Virus record (IMG/VR): IMGVR_UViG_3300027518_000006
DNA from: a virus
Direction: 5' to 3' (one strand)
DNA length: 64,000 nt
Shown one piece after another: positions 37,759 through 48,468 of this stretch. Position numbers and translations under genes: made by a program. The notes beneath the pieces are model-generated. The model was not told where the DNA came from, searched no databases, and saw only the letters and a program-made list of their open reading frames with translations. How positions within the stretch are numbered: the first letter of the stretch is position 1; each line of letters starts with the position of its first letter.

Positions 37759-40700
37759 CAGTATCTATTGCTCCTTATATTTGTGTCCATAGATCTTTTA
37801 ATTCTTGAAACAACTACATTTGCAATTTCATCTGGTGATGCAGTTGTATTTGGAACATTTACACTTATACTATAATTATACACTGGCGTGTTGTTAAGAA
37901 TTGTGCTTGTTGAAGATGTAACTGTTGGGGCAACTTCTGGGCTATTCAAAGACATACTTGGGAATACATCACTATTTAATGCTTTTAATAAAGGCATATT
38001 TGCTTGAGCAACTGATTTTCTTACTACAAATTCTCCAGGTGTTAATAGTGCTGGAACTCTATCTGTGTTTCCAAGTCCAGGAACTAAACTTCCTCTAGCC
38101 ATTTTTAATCTTGGTGGCGCTTCTTTTGATCCTTTATATCCAACATTTCCACCATAAGCATATTTCTTTATCATGCCACCAAATGCAAGACCTAGCACAT
38201 CTTTTCTATATTTTTCTAATCCAATACCCTTGCCTTTTCCTGTGTATGCAATATATGCAGCCCTAATAGCATCTTCAGTTTGTTTTTTCTTTTCTGCTGT
38301 TATTCCTTTTTCATTTTTTAATTTGTCTAATGTTTTTTTAGTTAATGCATCTTCTTGTGCATCTAATACTTTATTTAACTGATCTTGTCTTTCTTTTTCT
38401 GTATTAATAGTTTGTTGCAATGCATATATAGCATCATTTGTTGTTCTTAAGTTTATACTTCTTTGATATATAGTTTCTTCAATAGAATCTATCTCTGCTT
38501 GAATATCTTTCCTAGTCATTAATCTACCGTTTACAGACTCTGTTAATCCATCTAGTTCTGCTTGACGTTGTGCTTCAAGTGCTGTCTTAGTATCTTCAAT
38601 TTGATTTTGTGCACCAGTTTGTGTCATTGATGCAGCAGCCTGTGCGGCACCAGCAATATCTCCAGATGTTAAAGCACTTGCAAGATCAATCTGTTGTCTT
38701 TGTCTTTCTGCGACTCTATCATTAGCATTAGCAACCTTATCTAAGGCCTTAATTCTTTCATCATATTGATCATTAACATTTTTTTCTTTCTTTGATAAAT
38801 TATCTAAAGCCTTATTTCTATCTTCTATCTTTCTTCTATCTAATTCATCAGCACGATTTGATTTTTCTATAGTCTTATTTAATTCTTTAATTTGATCGTC
38901 ATAACCTTCTACCGCTTTTTTACTATCTTCTAATGCTTTTTTAACAGGGTTTTCTTCTAATGCTAGTTGTTCTAATACAAGTCTATTAATTTTAATACTT
39001 TCTGCTTGCTCATTAAATAGTTTAATATTATCTCTTAATTGTTTACCGCTTTGTTTTCCTAGTTCTATAATGGCTTCTGGACTTAATCCTTCTAATGCTT
39101 CTAATGATATACCTGCAGCAAGAAGTTTTGATTGTGCTGCTATAGATTGTTTTGTTTGAAGTGCTGCATCTTTTGCTGACTGCAAAGCACTTTTTGCTCC
39201 ATCGTTACTTCCACTACCTCCTGCTCCAATACTTGATGCAGTTTTACCACCTAAAATTTCATATGCCTTTACAAGTGCTGCTATTCCAACATTAGCACCT
39301 TTTTTAGCCTGTTCTATAACTGCTAATGCACTTGCTATGTCTGGATTTGAAACGCTCATTGTTATAATTGCATTTAAGTCTAAATCTTTAAATTTATTTC
39401 CAGTAGATAGATAGTGTTCTAATAATTTTTTTGCTGTTGCATTTTCACCCATATATGTTGTAATAACATTCATAGCGACTTCTTTAGTAATATTTTTTTG
39501 TAAAGATAGTGCATCTAAAGCACTTTGTGCTACACTTGCTTGTTTTGTAAATTCACTAAGTTTATCTGGATTTAATAGTAATTCTGTTATATCTATACCA
39601 GTTTTAAATTTTTCTTGTACTCCAGCAAGTCTATCTAACTCTGTTTTGTAACTACTCATTTCCGTAGTTGACTTACTCATAAAATCTGCTACTTGACCAC
39701 CTGCTGTTACATAATCTTGCATTGTTGCAACCAATGTAGGATCTATTGCAAACATATCCTCAAGTTTTTGATTTACATTTATATCTTCAATTTTTGATAA
39801 AGCAAGTAATATATTTGGATCTGTTATTTGTCTAAGAATATCTGCTTGATTTTCATTTACCTTTGTAGCGTTATATGATGTACCACTTTTACCTACCTGA
39901 ACAGTTTGTGGAGGGGCACCAGCAGTTTCAAATGTATTAACAAATTTTCTAACTTTTGCAGCATCTGCTTTACCCATTCCAGATAATTTTAATTCAAAAC
40001 CTTTATTTACTTCTGCTCTAAATGTTTTAATTGCATCTGTGGCTTTAGACATGTCGCCATCAAATTCTCTAATAATAGTTGCTAAGGCTTCACCTGTTGA
40101 TGCTACACTTGCCTTTGTCAAACTTTCTTTTTGTAAAATAAATTCTTGATATGTTATAGAACCTTGCTCTAGTTCATATTTAAGCAAGTCTAGTTGTTCT
40201 GTTGTAACCTGTGCTGCCTGTTGTGCTTGAGTAGCAATTGTTTTAGCAAGCATGTCGTCTGTACCACGACCAGTAATAATCATTGCAAATTTAGATAATA
40301 ATCCAGTGTTTTGCCATTGTTCATTTACAATTTTTTGTGCTTCTTGTGCATCAATTTTAGGAGTAATTATTGCACTTATATTTAATAAATTATCTGATAA
40401 TTTTTCTCCATTAGGACCAACTAATTTATTTAATTTAGCACCAATATTAATTCCTATTGTTTGATCATTAAGTTTGGTTCCTATATCTATTGCAATTGCC
40501 CTTGCTTCTTCAGCGGTAATAGACTGAGTCACTACCCCTCTTAATAATTGATTTAATATTGCTTGATCTCTTCCCTTTACTCCTCGAGTTTTTGCAACAG
40601 TTGAAGCATTTTCTAATAATTCTTTGCCTCCAGCGGTTTCTAAAAATTGTGAACTGGATTGTTTTGATTCCTGACTTATTACTCCGCCACCAGCAACCTC

Positions 40701-43700
40701 TGCTCTTTTAGTTGTAAGTTGTTGTTGTATGTTTTCTTTACCCATAGATTTAGCAAATTCAGCCATTGTATTTGCTGAACCATACGTTGCGTTAACAAAT
40801 TCAGATCCTGCTTGAGTTGTTTTTTTAGCCATATTATTTAATGCAATTCCTAATGTTATTGCAGCACCACCAATTCCTAATGTTCCAGTTAATCCTGGAC
40901 CAAGTTTAGTAATTATATTTCCAAGGAACTTAAACTCACCTGCTACATTTGCTGCTCTTCCTGTTAATAATTTCATTGCTACGCCAGTTGCTTTTGATGC
41001 TACTGACATACTTATAATACTTGCAACCATTGACTGCATTGGTCCCATATTTCCAAGCATTAAAGGCAACATGCCACCAACCATTCCTGCTGCACCTCTT
41101 GCTTGCGTATATCCTTTAGGATTTGCTGCTTTAACAACTCTTTGTTCATTTTCTTCTGCAAAATATTGAATACCAGAGGCAACGCCTCCTTTATTATATT
41201 TATTCATCTTTCCATTATTAATAGCAGTTAATAAATCATAATTTTGCTTAGTAGATTTTTTATTTACTACAAATTCTCCTGGGGTCAACATTGCTGGAAC
41301 GGTATCAGTATTTCCAGTACCTGGAACTATACTTCCTTTATTTGCTTTAAATGGACCGCTTACATTTGAACCAGTATATTCGTTTCTATTATAAATTGAT
41401 GCCCGCATATTTGGATCAACATCTATTGGATCAAATTGACGAGTTTGTGTTCCTATTCCACTTCCAACATTATATTTTCCATGTCTTTGTAATCTAGGCT
41501 TTCCATTAAAATAATACAGAGAAGCCTCATATGCTTTGCCACCTTCTGGTTGAACTAAATATATTCCTTCTTTAAATTCTTTATGTTCAAATATTTCTTT
41601 CATTGTTAAGTTTTTAGGTATTTTAGTTTTACCGCCACTTCTTACTGATGGTTTAAGTAACCCAAAAGCGCCTAGTGCATCATCTGCGTTTAGGCCCATT
41701 GCTTTACCAATCATCTTTCCTATGTTTGCATATTCTATACCTGGAACTTTTCCACCCTTGTTAAGGCCAAGTGCTAAAGTTTTAGAATGAACACCAAATC
41801 TTTCTAACAAAGTCTTTGTAAGACTTTCTGGTTTTGCGTTACCTATTTTTGTTTCTTTAAATTGATTTTTTAGTCTTTTACTTGCAAATTTTGCATCTTT
41901 TAGTAATGGATTTTTAATATTAAAAACAGTATTTAAAATATCGTCAGCAGTATAATTCTTAGGAAGATTACTTAGTAAACTATCTATATCTCTTGATTTT
42001 CCACCAGCATTTACATGTGCTGCTTTCATTCTTCTTTTAATAAATGAAAGATATTTATCGCTTGATAATTCAGATCTTTTTGTTAATGATTGTTGTATTC
42101 TTGAAATATCTGCTGCTTCTTTACTTCCCTTTGGCAAATTTTTTAATATTTGTCCATACATTTCTGCGGCCTTTGCTGAATGTTGTGGAGTTAATGGCAA
42201 TGATCCTTCTAGCATGTAAGAATATTCTGGAGTATCTAACAATTTTGCAATTCTAACTAATTCATCTGGAGGTATTTTTGAAAGTCCAGAACTATTTTGT
42301 GTTTTTAATTTTTGTATAGAACTTTGAGTAATACCATATTTAGCAATTTGTCTAAATCTTTCCTGCATTAAATTATATGGGCCAGAGGCAACTGCGGAGG
42401 CTCCTCCGCCAAAACCTGGAGTATACAGTCCAATATCTTTTAATTTTTTTGTTGCATTTTCTAAAGTACCTCTTGATAAAGTTTCTGCTTTTTTAGGATC
42501 TATTCCTAATTTTATAAGATCTCTTTTTCTTTGATAATGATCTTTATTTTGAAAAATACTAGATAACATTCTATTTTTTTGTTGACCAGTTGGCCTTGTT
42601 AAGTGTGATAAATGAGCAAAAATTGATGTTCTATTTTTGTAGACATCTTTTACAATTTCTTGCATTCCACCCAGTCTGTAGCCTTTAACTTTTCCACCCA
42701 TGTTATACATATGAGCACCGTGTCGGCCAGCAGGTCTTTTTGCTCCTCTCCAATTTTCTTGTATTTTTGTATAAGATTCCATGCCAGCAATTCCTTCATA
42801 GGTATCTTTAACTGAAGTAGTTCCTCTACTTTTACTAGTTCTTAATTTTTTGCTTACTTGCGTAGCCTCTGTCATTAAACTTTGTAGATGATCAGGAGTT
42901 AAATTATTTAATAATTCTTTATTTTGTAAGTCTTTTACGGAAACAAATTGAACGTTTTGATACTCTGGTTTTCCAAGTAGTGGTTGAACTCTTTCTAGTC
43001 CTGCTGAGTCTAAAAATCTTATTTCTTTACCTGGATATTTAGCAGCAATGTTAGCAAAATTATTTTCAAGAGTTGATTTATATGCATCTTTTTTCCAATT
43101 ACCTTTTGCTAATGCATCTATCATCCATAAACCTTCTTCTGAAACCATATCTTGTTTTAATACATCTAAAGGAACTCCTCTTTTATCAAATTCTTTCATT
43201 GTTCTTACACCAGTAAGTTGTTGATTATTTGAAGGATTTAAAAGATAAACAAAGTTATTTTTTAATTGTTCTGCTTTATTAGAAGTTTTAGCAGCGGTAC
43301 CTCTAGTTCTAGTGGCTTGACCTGCTCCTGCTAACTTTGCTGCTACAGCATTTGTTGCTGCAGAATATCCTGGTATATTACCAATTCTAAATCCAGACAT
43401 AGCATACTGAATTCCATTTTTAACTTTACCACCAACGTTTAACCTTTGAGCATTTATTGAATGAAGTAATCCAAGATTATTTTTAGTTGATTCTTTATTA
43501 ACTACAAACTCTCCTGGGGTAAGCATTGCTGGAACTTTGTCTGTGTTTCCCACTCCAGGAACAGTGTTGCTGTTGTCTGGTGTAAATACTGTTCCACCTT
43601 TATTTAAACCTATTGACTTAATTCTAGACTTACCTCTAGTAGCAACTGTTGCTGCAGCACCTTTACCTAAATTACTTGCGGCTTGACCTGTTCCAAATAA

Positions 43701-45671
43701 AAATGATTGTGCTTGTGATGCTCTAGTTTGTTCAGATATTAATACTCTATATGAATTAGTTAAATTTTTAATTGCTACGTCTGCACTGTTTGCAGAACCT
43801 ACTTGACTTAATAAAGCAGCGTTTGCTAATTCAGTTGCTGATCCTAACTGTCTTGCTGCATTTGCGGCATCTATTTCTGAAAGGCTTAAATAGTTTGCAG
43901 ACTGGGTCAATGTTTTTATTGCTGCTAATGGACCCTTTCTAAGTAAAGTAACTCCAAACATTCCCATAGAGTGTGTAAATTTAGCAAATGTACCAATTAA
44001 GTTAGCAAACAAACCAAATATCATAGTAGCGGCTGGAAGTAATACGCCACCTAATACTGTTGCTAATGCTGCAACATTTTTTACACCTTCTGGAAGTCTG
44101 TTAAAAGCATCAACTATTTTTGTAACCATGTTTACAAGAGGTATGGCCATTTTAACAAAGATTTCACCTAAAGGTGCTATTGCAATTTTTAGTCTTTCTA
44201 TTGCTCCAGTAAGTTGAACACTAAATGCCTGTTCTACTGTTGATAATTCTTTTTCTGCACTCTTAGCAAGTTGTTCTGTTGAATATCCTAGAGTAGATAT
44301 TACTTGTTGTGCTTGTGATCCCTCTCTAGAAATGTTTTCAAATAGTGCACCTAATCTTGCATATTGAAATTTTCCAAATATACTTTCTAGTGCTTGTTGT
44401 CTTGAGAATTCGTCTAATGTAGATAAGGCATCGCTAAAGGCCATAACAGTACCCATTAAATCTCCTCTATTAGTTTGAATAATAGAGTCAAGATTTATTT
44501 TAAACCCTGCTAATACATCTGTTGCTGCTTTTGTTGGATTAATTAAAGATCCAAGACCAGACTTTAATGCGTTAGCACCTTGCTCAGCAGATACGCCACC
44601 TTCTTGCATTGCTGCAAGAAATACTGTTAAATCTTTAACGTCTCCACCTAAGCCTTTAATAACTGGAGCAACACGAGGTATTGCTGCAGAAATGTCTTGT
44701 AAACTTACTACTGTTTGGTTTTCAACCATGTTTAAAAAGTTAATAGTGTCTGCTAGTTCTTGTCCAGATAACCTAAAAGCACTTTGAAGTGATATTGTTG
44801 TTTCAAGAGCAGCATTTTGATCCATCTGACCAAGTGTTGCTAATCTTGTTGACTCCCTAACTGCATCAGTTAAATCTGTGTTTTGTCTACCTGCTGCTGC
44901 AGCCTGTGCTGCTAAAGATAAAGTATCTTTTGCTGCAATTCCATACTTTGTAAATTCTCTACTTAGTCCTTGAACTGCTTTAAAGTTTTCTTGTAATTCT
45001 GCTGGTGTAGTAAATATATCACCATATACTTTTTTAAATGCTACTGCTTGTTTTTCTAAATCTGAAAATACCCGACCTGCTGTTGTTCCAAATATTGTTA
45101 ATGGTATTGTAAAACCAACCATAAGTTGGCGACCAGTCCATTGTACGTTTTTACCAAAATTAATTAACCCAGTTGTGCCTTGCTTAAACATTGAGTTTAA
45201 TATTTGCATTCTTTGAGCAGACACTGCTGCATCAGCGGAAAATGCTGTAAGTGGTCTAACTGCAAGGGCCTCTTGCATACCTTTTGATGCTTTTGCTGTA
45301 GCAATAAATTGAGTTTGCATTGTTCTTGCACGTTCTGCTGCAAGGGCAAATACTTCTGCGGCCATTCCGCCTTTTTTATTAAAAGACGCACTAAAGAACT
45401 GACCTAATGTTCCTTGACCTTTTCTTAAAGTGGAATCAAGTGCTCCAGCAGCAGTTTGCATTTTAACAAGTTCTGCTCTAAAAAAGCCACCTGTATTTAT
45501 TGAATTTTTAAGTCCTTCTGCAAAAACTCTTGAGGCTTGGCCTTGTTCTAATTGACCTTTATTTAATGTAAGATTGAAAGCATTTATCTGCTGTTGTAAA
45601 CTTCTTAATTCGGCTGCGGCACCACTGGTATTGATGTCAACATCAATTACCGTTTTAATAATCTCTGCCAC
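37758..45671 (-). CDS. Tape measure protein (2637 aa) with internal variable modules
   Basis: TP901-like core (GTQLMVGFT, LATLGQMD, SLQDISAAIPR, GANALKSGL); Ala/Gly/Leu helical; follows chaperone. Confidence 0.93.
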   Translation of the reverse strand: MAEIIKTVIDVDINTSGAAAELRSLQQQINAFNLTLNKGQLEQGQASRVFAEGLKNSINTGGFFRAELVKMQTAAGALDSTLRKGQGTLGQFFSASFNKKGGMAAEVFALAAERARTMQTQFIATAKASKGMQEALAVRPLTAFSADAAVSAQRMQILNSMFKQGTTGLINFGKNVQWTGRQLMVGFTIPLTIFGTTAGRVFSDLEKQAVAFKKVYGDIFTTPAELQENFKAVQGLSREFTKYGIAAKDTLSLAAQAAAAGRQNTDLTDAVRESTRLATLGQMDQNAALETTISLQSAFRLSGQELADTINFLNMVENQTVVSLQDISAAIPRVAPVIKGLGGDVKDLTVFLAAMQEGGVSAEQGANALKSGLGSLINPTKAATDVLAGFKINLDSIIQTNRGDLMGTVMAFSDALSTLDEFSRQQALESIFGKFQYARLGALFENISREGSQAQQVISTLGYSTEQLAKSAEKELSTVEQAFSVQLTGAIERLKIAIAPLGEIFVKMAIPLVNMVTKIVDAFNRLPEGVKNVAALATVLGGVLLPAATMIFGLFANLIGTFAKFTHSMGMFGVTLLRKGPLAAIKTLTQSANYLSLSEIDAANAARQLGSATELANAALLSQVGSANSADVAIKNLTNSYRVLISEQTRASQAQSFLFGTGQAASNLGKGAAATVATRGKSRIKSIGLNKGGTVFTPDNSNTVPGVGNTDKVPAMLTPGEFVVNKESTKNNLGLLHSINAQRLNVGGKVKNGIQYAMSGFRIGNIPGYSAATNAVAAKLAGAGQATRTRGTAAKTSNKAEQLKNNFVYLLNPSNNQQLTGVRTMKEFDKRGVPLDVLKQDMVSEEGLWMIDALAKGNWKKDAYKSTLENNFANIAAKYPGKEIRFLDSAGLERVQPLLGKPEYQNVQFVSVKDLQNKELLNNLTPDHLQSLMTEATQVSKKLRTSKSRGTTSVKDTYEGIAGMESYTKIQENWRGAKRPAGRHGAHMYNMGGKVKGYRLGGMQEIVKDVYKNRTSIFAHLSHLTRPTGQQKNRMLSSIFQNKDHYQRKRDLIKLGIDPKKAETLSRGTLENATKKLKDIGLYTPGFGGGASAVASGPYNLMQERFRQIAKYGITQSSIQKLKTQNSSGLSKIPPDELVRIAKLLDTPEYSYMLEGSLPLTPQHSAKAAEMYGQILKNLPKGSKEAADISRIQQSLTKRSELSSDKYLSFIKRRMKAAHVNAGGKSRDIDSLLSNLPKNYTADDILNTVFNIKNPLLKDAKFASKRLKNQFKETKIGNAKPESLTKTLLERFGVHSKTLALGLNKGGKVPGIEYANIGKMIGKAMGLNADDALGAFGLLKPSVRSGGKTKIPKNLTMKEIFEHKEFKEGIYLVQPEGGKAYEASLYYFNGKPRLQRHGKYNVGSGIGTQTRQFDPIDVDPNMRASIYNRNEYTGSNVSGPFKANKGSIVPGTGNTDTVPAMLTPGEFVVNKKSTKQNYDLLTAINNGKMNKYNKGGVASGIQYFAEENEQRVVKAANPKGYTQARGAAGMVGGMLPLMLGNMGPMQSMVASIISMSVASKATGVAMKLLTGRAANVAGEFKFLGNIITKLGPGLTGTLGIGGAAITLGIALNNMAKKTTQAGSEFVNATYGSANTMAEFAKSMGKENIQQQLTTKRAEVAGGGVISQESKQSSSQFLETAGGKELLENASTVAKTRGVKGRDQAILNQLLRGVVTQSITAEEARAIAIDIGTKLNDQTIGINIGAKLNKLVGPNGEKLSDNLLNISAIITPKIDAQEAQKIVNEQWQNTGLLSKFAMIITGRGTDDMLAKTIATQAQQAAQVTTEQLDLLKYELEQGSITYQEFILQKESLTKASVASTGEALATIIREFDGDMSKATDAIKTFRAEVNKGFELKLSGMGKADAAKVRKFVNTFETAGAPPQTVQVGKSGTSYNATKVNENQADILRQITDPNILLALSKIEDINVNQKLEDMFAIDPTLVATMQDYVTAGGQVADFMSKSTTEMSSYKTELDRLAGVQEKFKTGIDITELLLNPDKLSEFTKQASVAQSALDALSLQKNITKEVAMNVITTYMGENATAKKLLEHYLSTGNKFKDLDLNAIITMSVSNPDIASALAVIEQAKKGANVGIAALVKAYEILGGKTASSIGAGGSGSNDGAKSALQSAKDAALQTKQSIAAQSKLLAAGISLEALEGLSPEAIIELGKQSGKQLRDNIKLFNEQAESIKINRLVLEQLALEENPVKKALEDSKKAVEGYDDQIKELNKTIEKSNRADELDRRKIEDRNKALDNLSKKEKNVNDQYDERIKALDKVANANDRVAERQRQQIDLASALTSGDIAGAAQAAASMTQTGAQNQIEDTKTALEAQRQAELDGLTESVNGRLMTRKDIQAEIDSIEETIYQRSINLRTTNDAIYALQQTINTEKERQDQLNKVLDAQEDALTKKTLDKLKNEKGITAEKKKQTEDAIRAAYIAYTGKGKGIGLEKYRKDVLGLAFGGMIKKYAYGGNVGYKGSKEAPPRLKMARGSLVPGLGNTDRVPALLTPGEFVVRKSVAQANMPLLKALNSDVFPSMSLNSPEVAPTVTSSTSTILNNTPVYNYSISVNVPNTTASPDEIANVVVSRIKRSMDTNIRSNRY

Positions 45672-46042
45672 TATTCAATCACCTCGTAATCCAGACCTTG
45701 TCCAATACCAAAACCTGCTCTTTGAGCCGCAGATCCTTGTAGTGCAACAATATCTCTTGGATTATTTGTTTTGCCTTTACTGTAAACCTTTGCTTTGAGT
45801 TTCTCCCAAGCATCTTGGTCTCCAGAAGACTTATCAATGTCGACACCTTGTAACGCTGCAAAGAATTTTCTATTTTCATTTTCTTCTTTATTCTTTGCTT
45901 CTAGTATCGCTACTAGTTCAGGCATTGATATTGATTCCTCCAGTTCTTGATAATTCTTCCAGAATCCTAGAAGAAATACCTTAGATTCTATCGTGGCGAG
46001 ATCTAGTTCGCTCCAACTAGAGCCGCCGCTAGTGCGTTTGGG
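45671..46042 (-). CDS. Tail assembly chaperone extension (gpT-like, -1 frame)
   Basis: -1 frame open from the slippery site: PKRTSGGSSWSELDLATIESKVFLLGFWKNYQELEESISMPEL... Confidence 0.75.
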   Translation of the reverse strand, partial: PKRTSGGSSWSELDLATIESKVFLLGFWKNYQELEESISMPELVAILEAKNKEENENRKFFAALQGVDIDKSSGDQDAWEKLKAKVYSKGKTNNPRDIVALQGSAAQRAGFGIGQGLDYEVIE

Positions 46043-46338
46043 TCGTTCAACTTAATCCCTGCTGCTACTTCGATTATCTTATAAACTGTTGGTAAGTCAA
46101 TAACATCTTCTAATTTTTCTTTAGATGCTAATTCTGGATTGTATTGCTTCATAGCAATTACTGCACAATCTAGTAAAAGATCCATTGACTTAAGATTATC
46201 TTCTGCGATTTTTTCGTCAGAAATTTTTTGGAACTCTTTCATGAAGTCCCTTAAGAATTTAATTTTTAAAGGCTTCATTTCTACCTTTGTACCGTCTTGT
46301 AACTCAACTTCAACAACTTCGTAAACACTGCTTGCCAT
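46003..46338 (-). CDS. Tail assembly chaperone (gpG-like)
   Basis: Between tail tube and TMP genes; ends LNDPNALAAALVGAN*. Confidence 0.85.
   Translation of the reverse strand: MASSVYEVVEVELQDGTKVEMKPLKIKFLRDFMKEFQKISDEKIAEDNLKSMDLLLDCAVIAMKQYNPELASKEKLEDVIDLPTVYKIIEVAAGIKLNDPNALAAALVGAN
46036..46042 (-). other. -1 ribosomal frameshift heptamer C CCA AAC
   Basis: X XXY YYZ in the correct frame (GAC CCA AAC). Confidence 0.8.
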
Positions 46339-46363
46339 CTAATCCTCCTATGGATATAGTTAA

Positions 46364-46372
46364 ATTATAGCA
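46364..46372 (-). promoter_or_regulatory. Extended -10 TGCTATAAT upstream of chaperone
   Basis: Follows terminator; AGGAGG SD downstream. Confidence 0.55.
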
Positions 46373-46377
46373 CAAAA

Positions 46378-46400
46378 CCCACCTCTTGAAAAGAAGTGGG
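46378..46400 (-). terminator. Intrinsic terminator after major tail gene
   Basis: CCCACTTCTT-ttc-AAGAGGTGGG-TTTT. Confidence 0.75.
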
Positions 46401-46425
46401 CAATGTGTTTATTTAGTTGTTTTGG

Positions 46426-47112
46426 TTATGCACCGACTACACGATCTACGATTTTACCGTAAGAACCGTTTGATGCTGGAAGTAATCTGAAAGATACTTC
46501 GAACATTGATGGAGTATCACGTTTTGCAGATACTGTTACACTGTCGATTGACAATGCACGGTTTGCTACATAAACTCTTTCTACTCTGGTTGCTCCTGTT
46601 GCTTCTGGATCTCCAGAACCTGGACCAACTGCAATAAGTGCGCGTTCTACTGGAACCGCTCCAAGTTCGCCTGAGTTTATAACTAAGACGTCTTGTGTTG
46701 CTGTACTTGTAAGATCTGCATCTTGACCTGCAATAGATACAAGAAGATTTTCAAGTGTGGCTTCAGCAAATGCTGTAACCATATTAACTTGCATACCTTG
46801 CTTGTAAAGTTTTGCTACGTCAAGTAATTGATCTACTTGAACTTCACCGAAGTCTGGTTGGAATTGTAATTCCAAACCGTTCATGGTGTATCCTACGTTT
46901 CTCCAGTTTGCGTTTGCTTCTAGTGTATCTGCATATCTAGTTCCAGACACGAATGCTGGTACTGTTGAGACAGATCCTGAACCGAAGTTGTAAACCGCTG
47001 CTGAACCAGAACCACTTGAGTATTCAAGTGCTCCTGAGTTAGAAACGAATAGTTGTGCTGCACCTACGATAATTTGATTGCTATTACCTAAAGTTGCCAT
47101 ATATTTTTTCAC
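46426..47112 (-). CDS. Major tail (tube) protein
   Basis: VGYTMNGLEL, VDQLLD, AEATLENL, FEVSFRLLP; strong AGGAGG SD. Confidence 0.8.
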   Translation of the reverse strand: MKKYMATLGNSNQIIVGAAQLFVSNSGALEYSSGSGSAAVYNFGSGSVSTVPAFVSGTRYADTLEANANWRNVGYTMNGLELQFQPDFGEVQVDQLLDVAKLYKQGMQVNMVTAFAEATLENLLVSIAGQDADLTSTATQDVLVINSGELGAVPVERALIAVGPGSGDPEATGATRVERVYVANRALSIDSVTVSAKRDTPSMFEVSFRLLPASNGSYGKIVDRVVGA

Positions 47113-47167
47113 CCTCCTTTTATAAGGAAAAGTGGGGCTGTTTCCTCAATACTATTATATCGTGCTT

Positions 47168-47767
47168 TTAGGACTCATTATATTGTCTAGAATGATAGTC
47201 GTATTTAATGATAAGATCCCTAGAAGGTCTATATTCCATTAAATTAGATACATCTTGTTGACTTTCTGCATACCCCGATTGAAAAACATTTATACATTGA
47301 AACCTATATTTATAATAATCATATACAGAAGCACTTGCAGAAACAGGATAATTATCATATAGTTCTTCTGCAAATTCATTTATATCATCTGCTGCAGCAT
47401 CTTCTCTATCTAATACAAGGGTAATTAAAGAAGTAAGGTTAATAGTATTTCCATATCTATCTGCCCCGTTTGCTACGTCTCCATATAAAGAGCCACCATA
47501 AATGGTATATCGCATTTGTTCACTTTTAATAGGATAAAAATATTTATAAGAACCTGTTCTTACTTTAGTAAATTTATCAAATACTATATAAGGTAAATCT
47601 CCATCTAATATTTCAGGAGGAACATTTCCTGCACCCGCTGGAAAAAATGGAATCAAACTATTGCCACCAACTGTTTGTGGATACAGATTATAAAAGGCTG
47701 GGGCCTGTGTTCTAAACTGTTCCCACACATATCTATTGATTATATTCTCTGGTCTGTAAAGTGTCAT
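47168..47767 (-). CDS. Tail terminator / completion protein
   Basis: Position between neck genes and tail tube. Confidence 0.55.
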   Translation of the reverse strand: MTLYRPENIINRYVWEQFRTQAPAFYNLYPQTVGGNSLIPFFPAGAGNVPPEILDGDLPYIVFDKFTKVRTGSYKYFYPIKSEQMRYTIYGGSLYGDVANGADRYGNTINLTSLITLVLDREDAAADDINEFAEELYDNYPVSASASVYDYYKYRFQCINVFQSGYAESQQDVSNLMEYRPSRDLIIKYDYHSRQYNES

Positions 47768-48468
47768 ACTCTTTCTCCTGGTGCATTGTTAATCCAAGAT
47801 AGTGCTGCTGCTTTACCTATAGATGTAGCATTCTTACTCTTGGATGCAATCTTAACATTCTTTTCATATTCCTTAGAACCTCTAAAATGATCATAAAATC
47901 TAATAGAATTTAGATAGTCTTTAGTAAAATATATATTATAAAATTCATTATATGCCCTTACGAAAGATCCACGAGTTGCTCCTCCTCCAGGATTTGCAAT
48001 ATAGATGGGTCCGTTTCTAAAAAACTCTTCTCCTTCTATTTCAAAAAATAATACTTCGGCATCTTTTTCTTCGATAACTAATGGTATTCCTTCCTCCATA
48101 ATATTTGCTTTATCATAAAATGGTTCTTTACTTGTTGGAGAAGGGGTATCAGATTGTAAAAAGTCTGCACTAACTACTGCTGATTTTCCTTGCAATGATA
48201 CAGAAAGTTCATATAGTCTTGCAAATGGATCTCCTACTTGACCCCATTCATAAACATGGTGCAGCATACCTGGATGGGATCTAGCAAGTCCATCTAAGTA
48301 ATCATAGAATACATTAACAGAGGTACTGGCAATTTTCTCTGTTATTTTGTTTTGATTTCTTTTTACTTCATCAATAAATCCTTGAGAATAATTTGTTACA
48401 TTTGTAAGAGTATCTATAAAATTCTTTCCATTAAATTTAACTTTTATAGTACTCATTATTGATCCCAC
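47764..48468 (-). CDS. Neck / head-tail joining protein
   Basis: Position; LHHVYEWGQVG. Confidence 0.5.
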   Translation of the reverse strand: MGSIMSTIKVKFNGKNFIDTLTNVTNYSQGFIDEVKRNQNKITEKIASTSVNVFYDYLDGLARSHPGMLHHVYEWGQVGDPFARLYELSVSLQGKSAVVSADFLQSDTPSPTSKEPFYDKANIMEEGIPLVIEEKDAEVLFFEIEGEEFFRNGPIYIANPGGGATRGSFVRAYNEFYNIYFTKDYLNSIRFYDHFRGSKEYEKNVKIASKSKNATSIGKAAALSWINNAPGERV

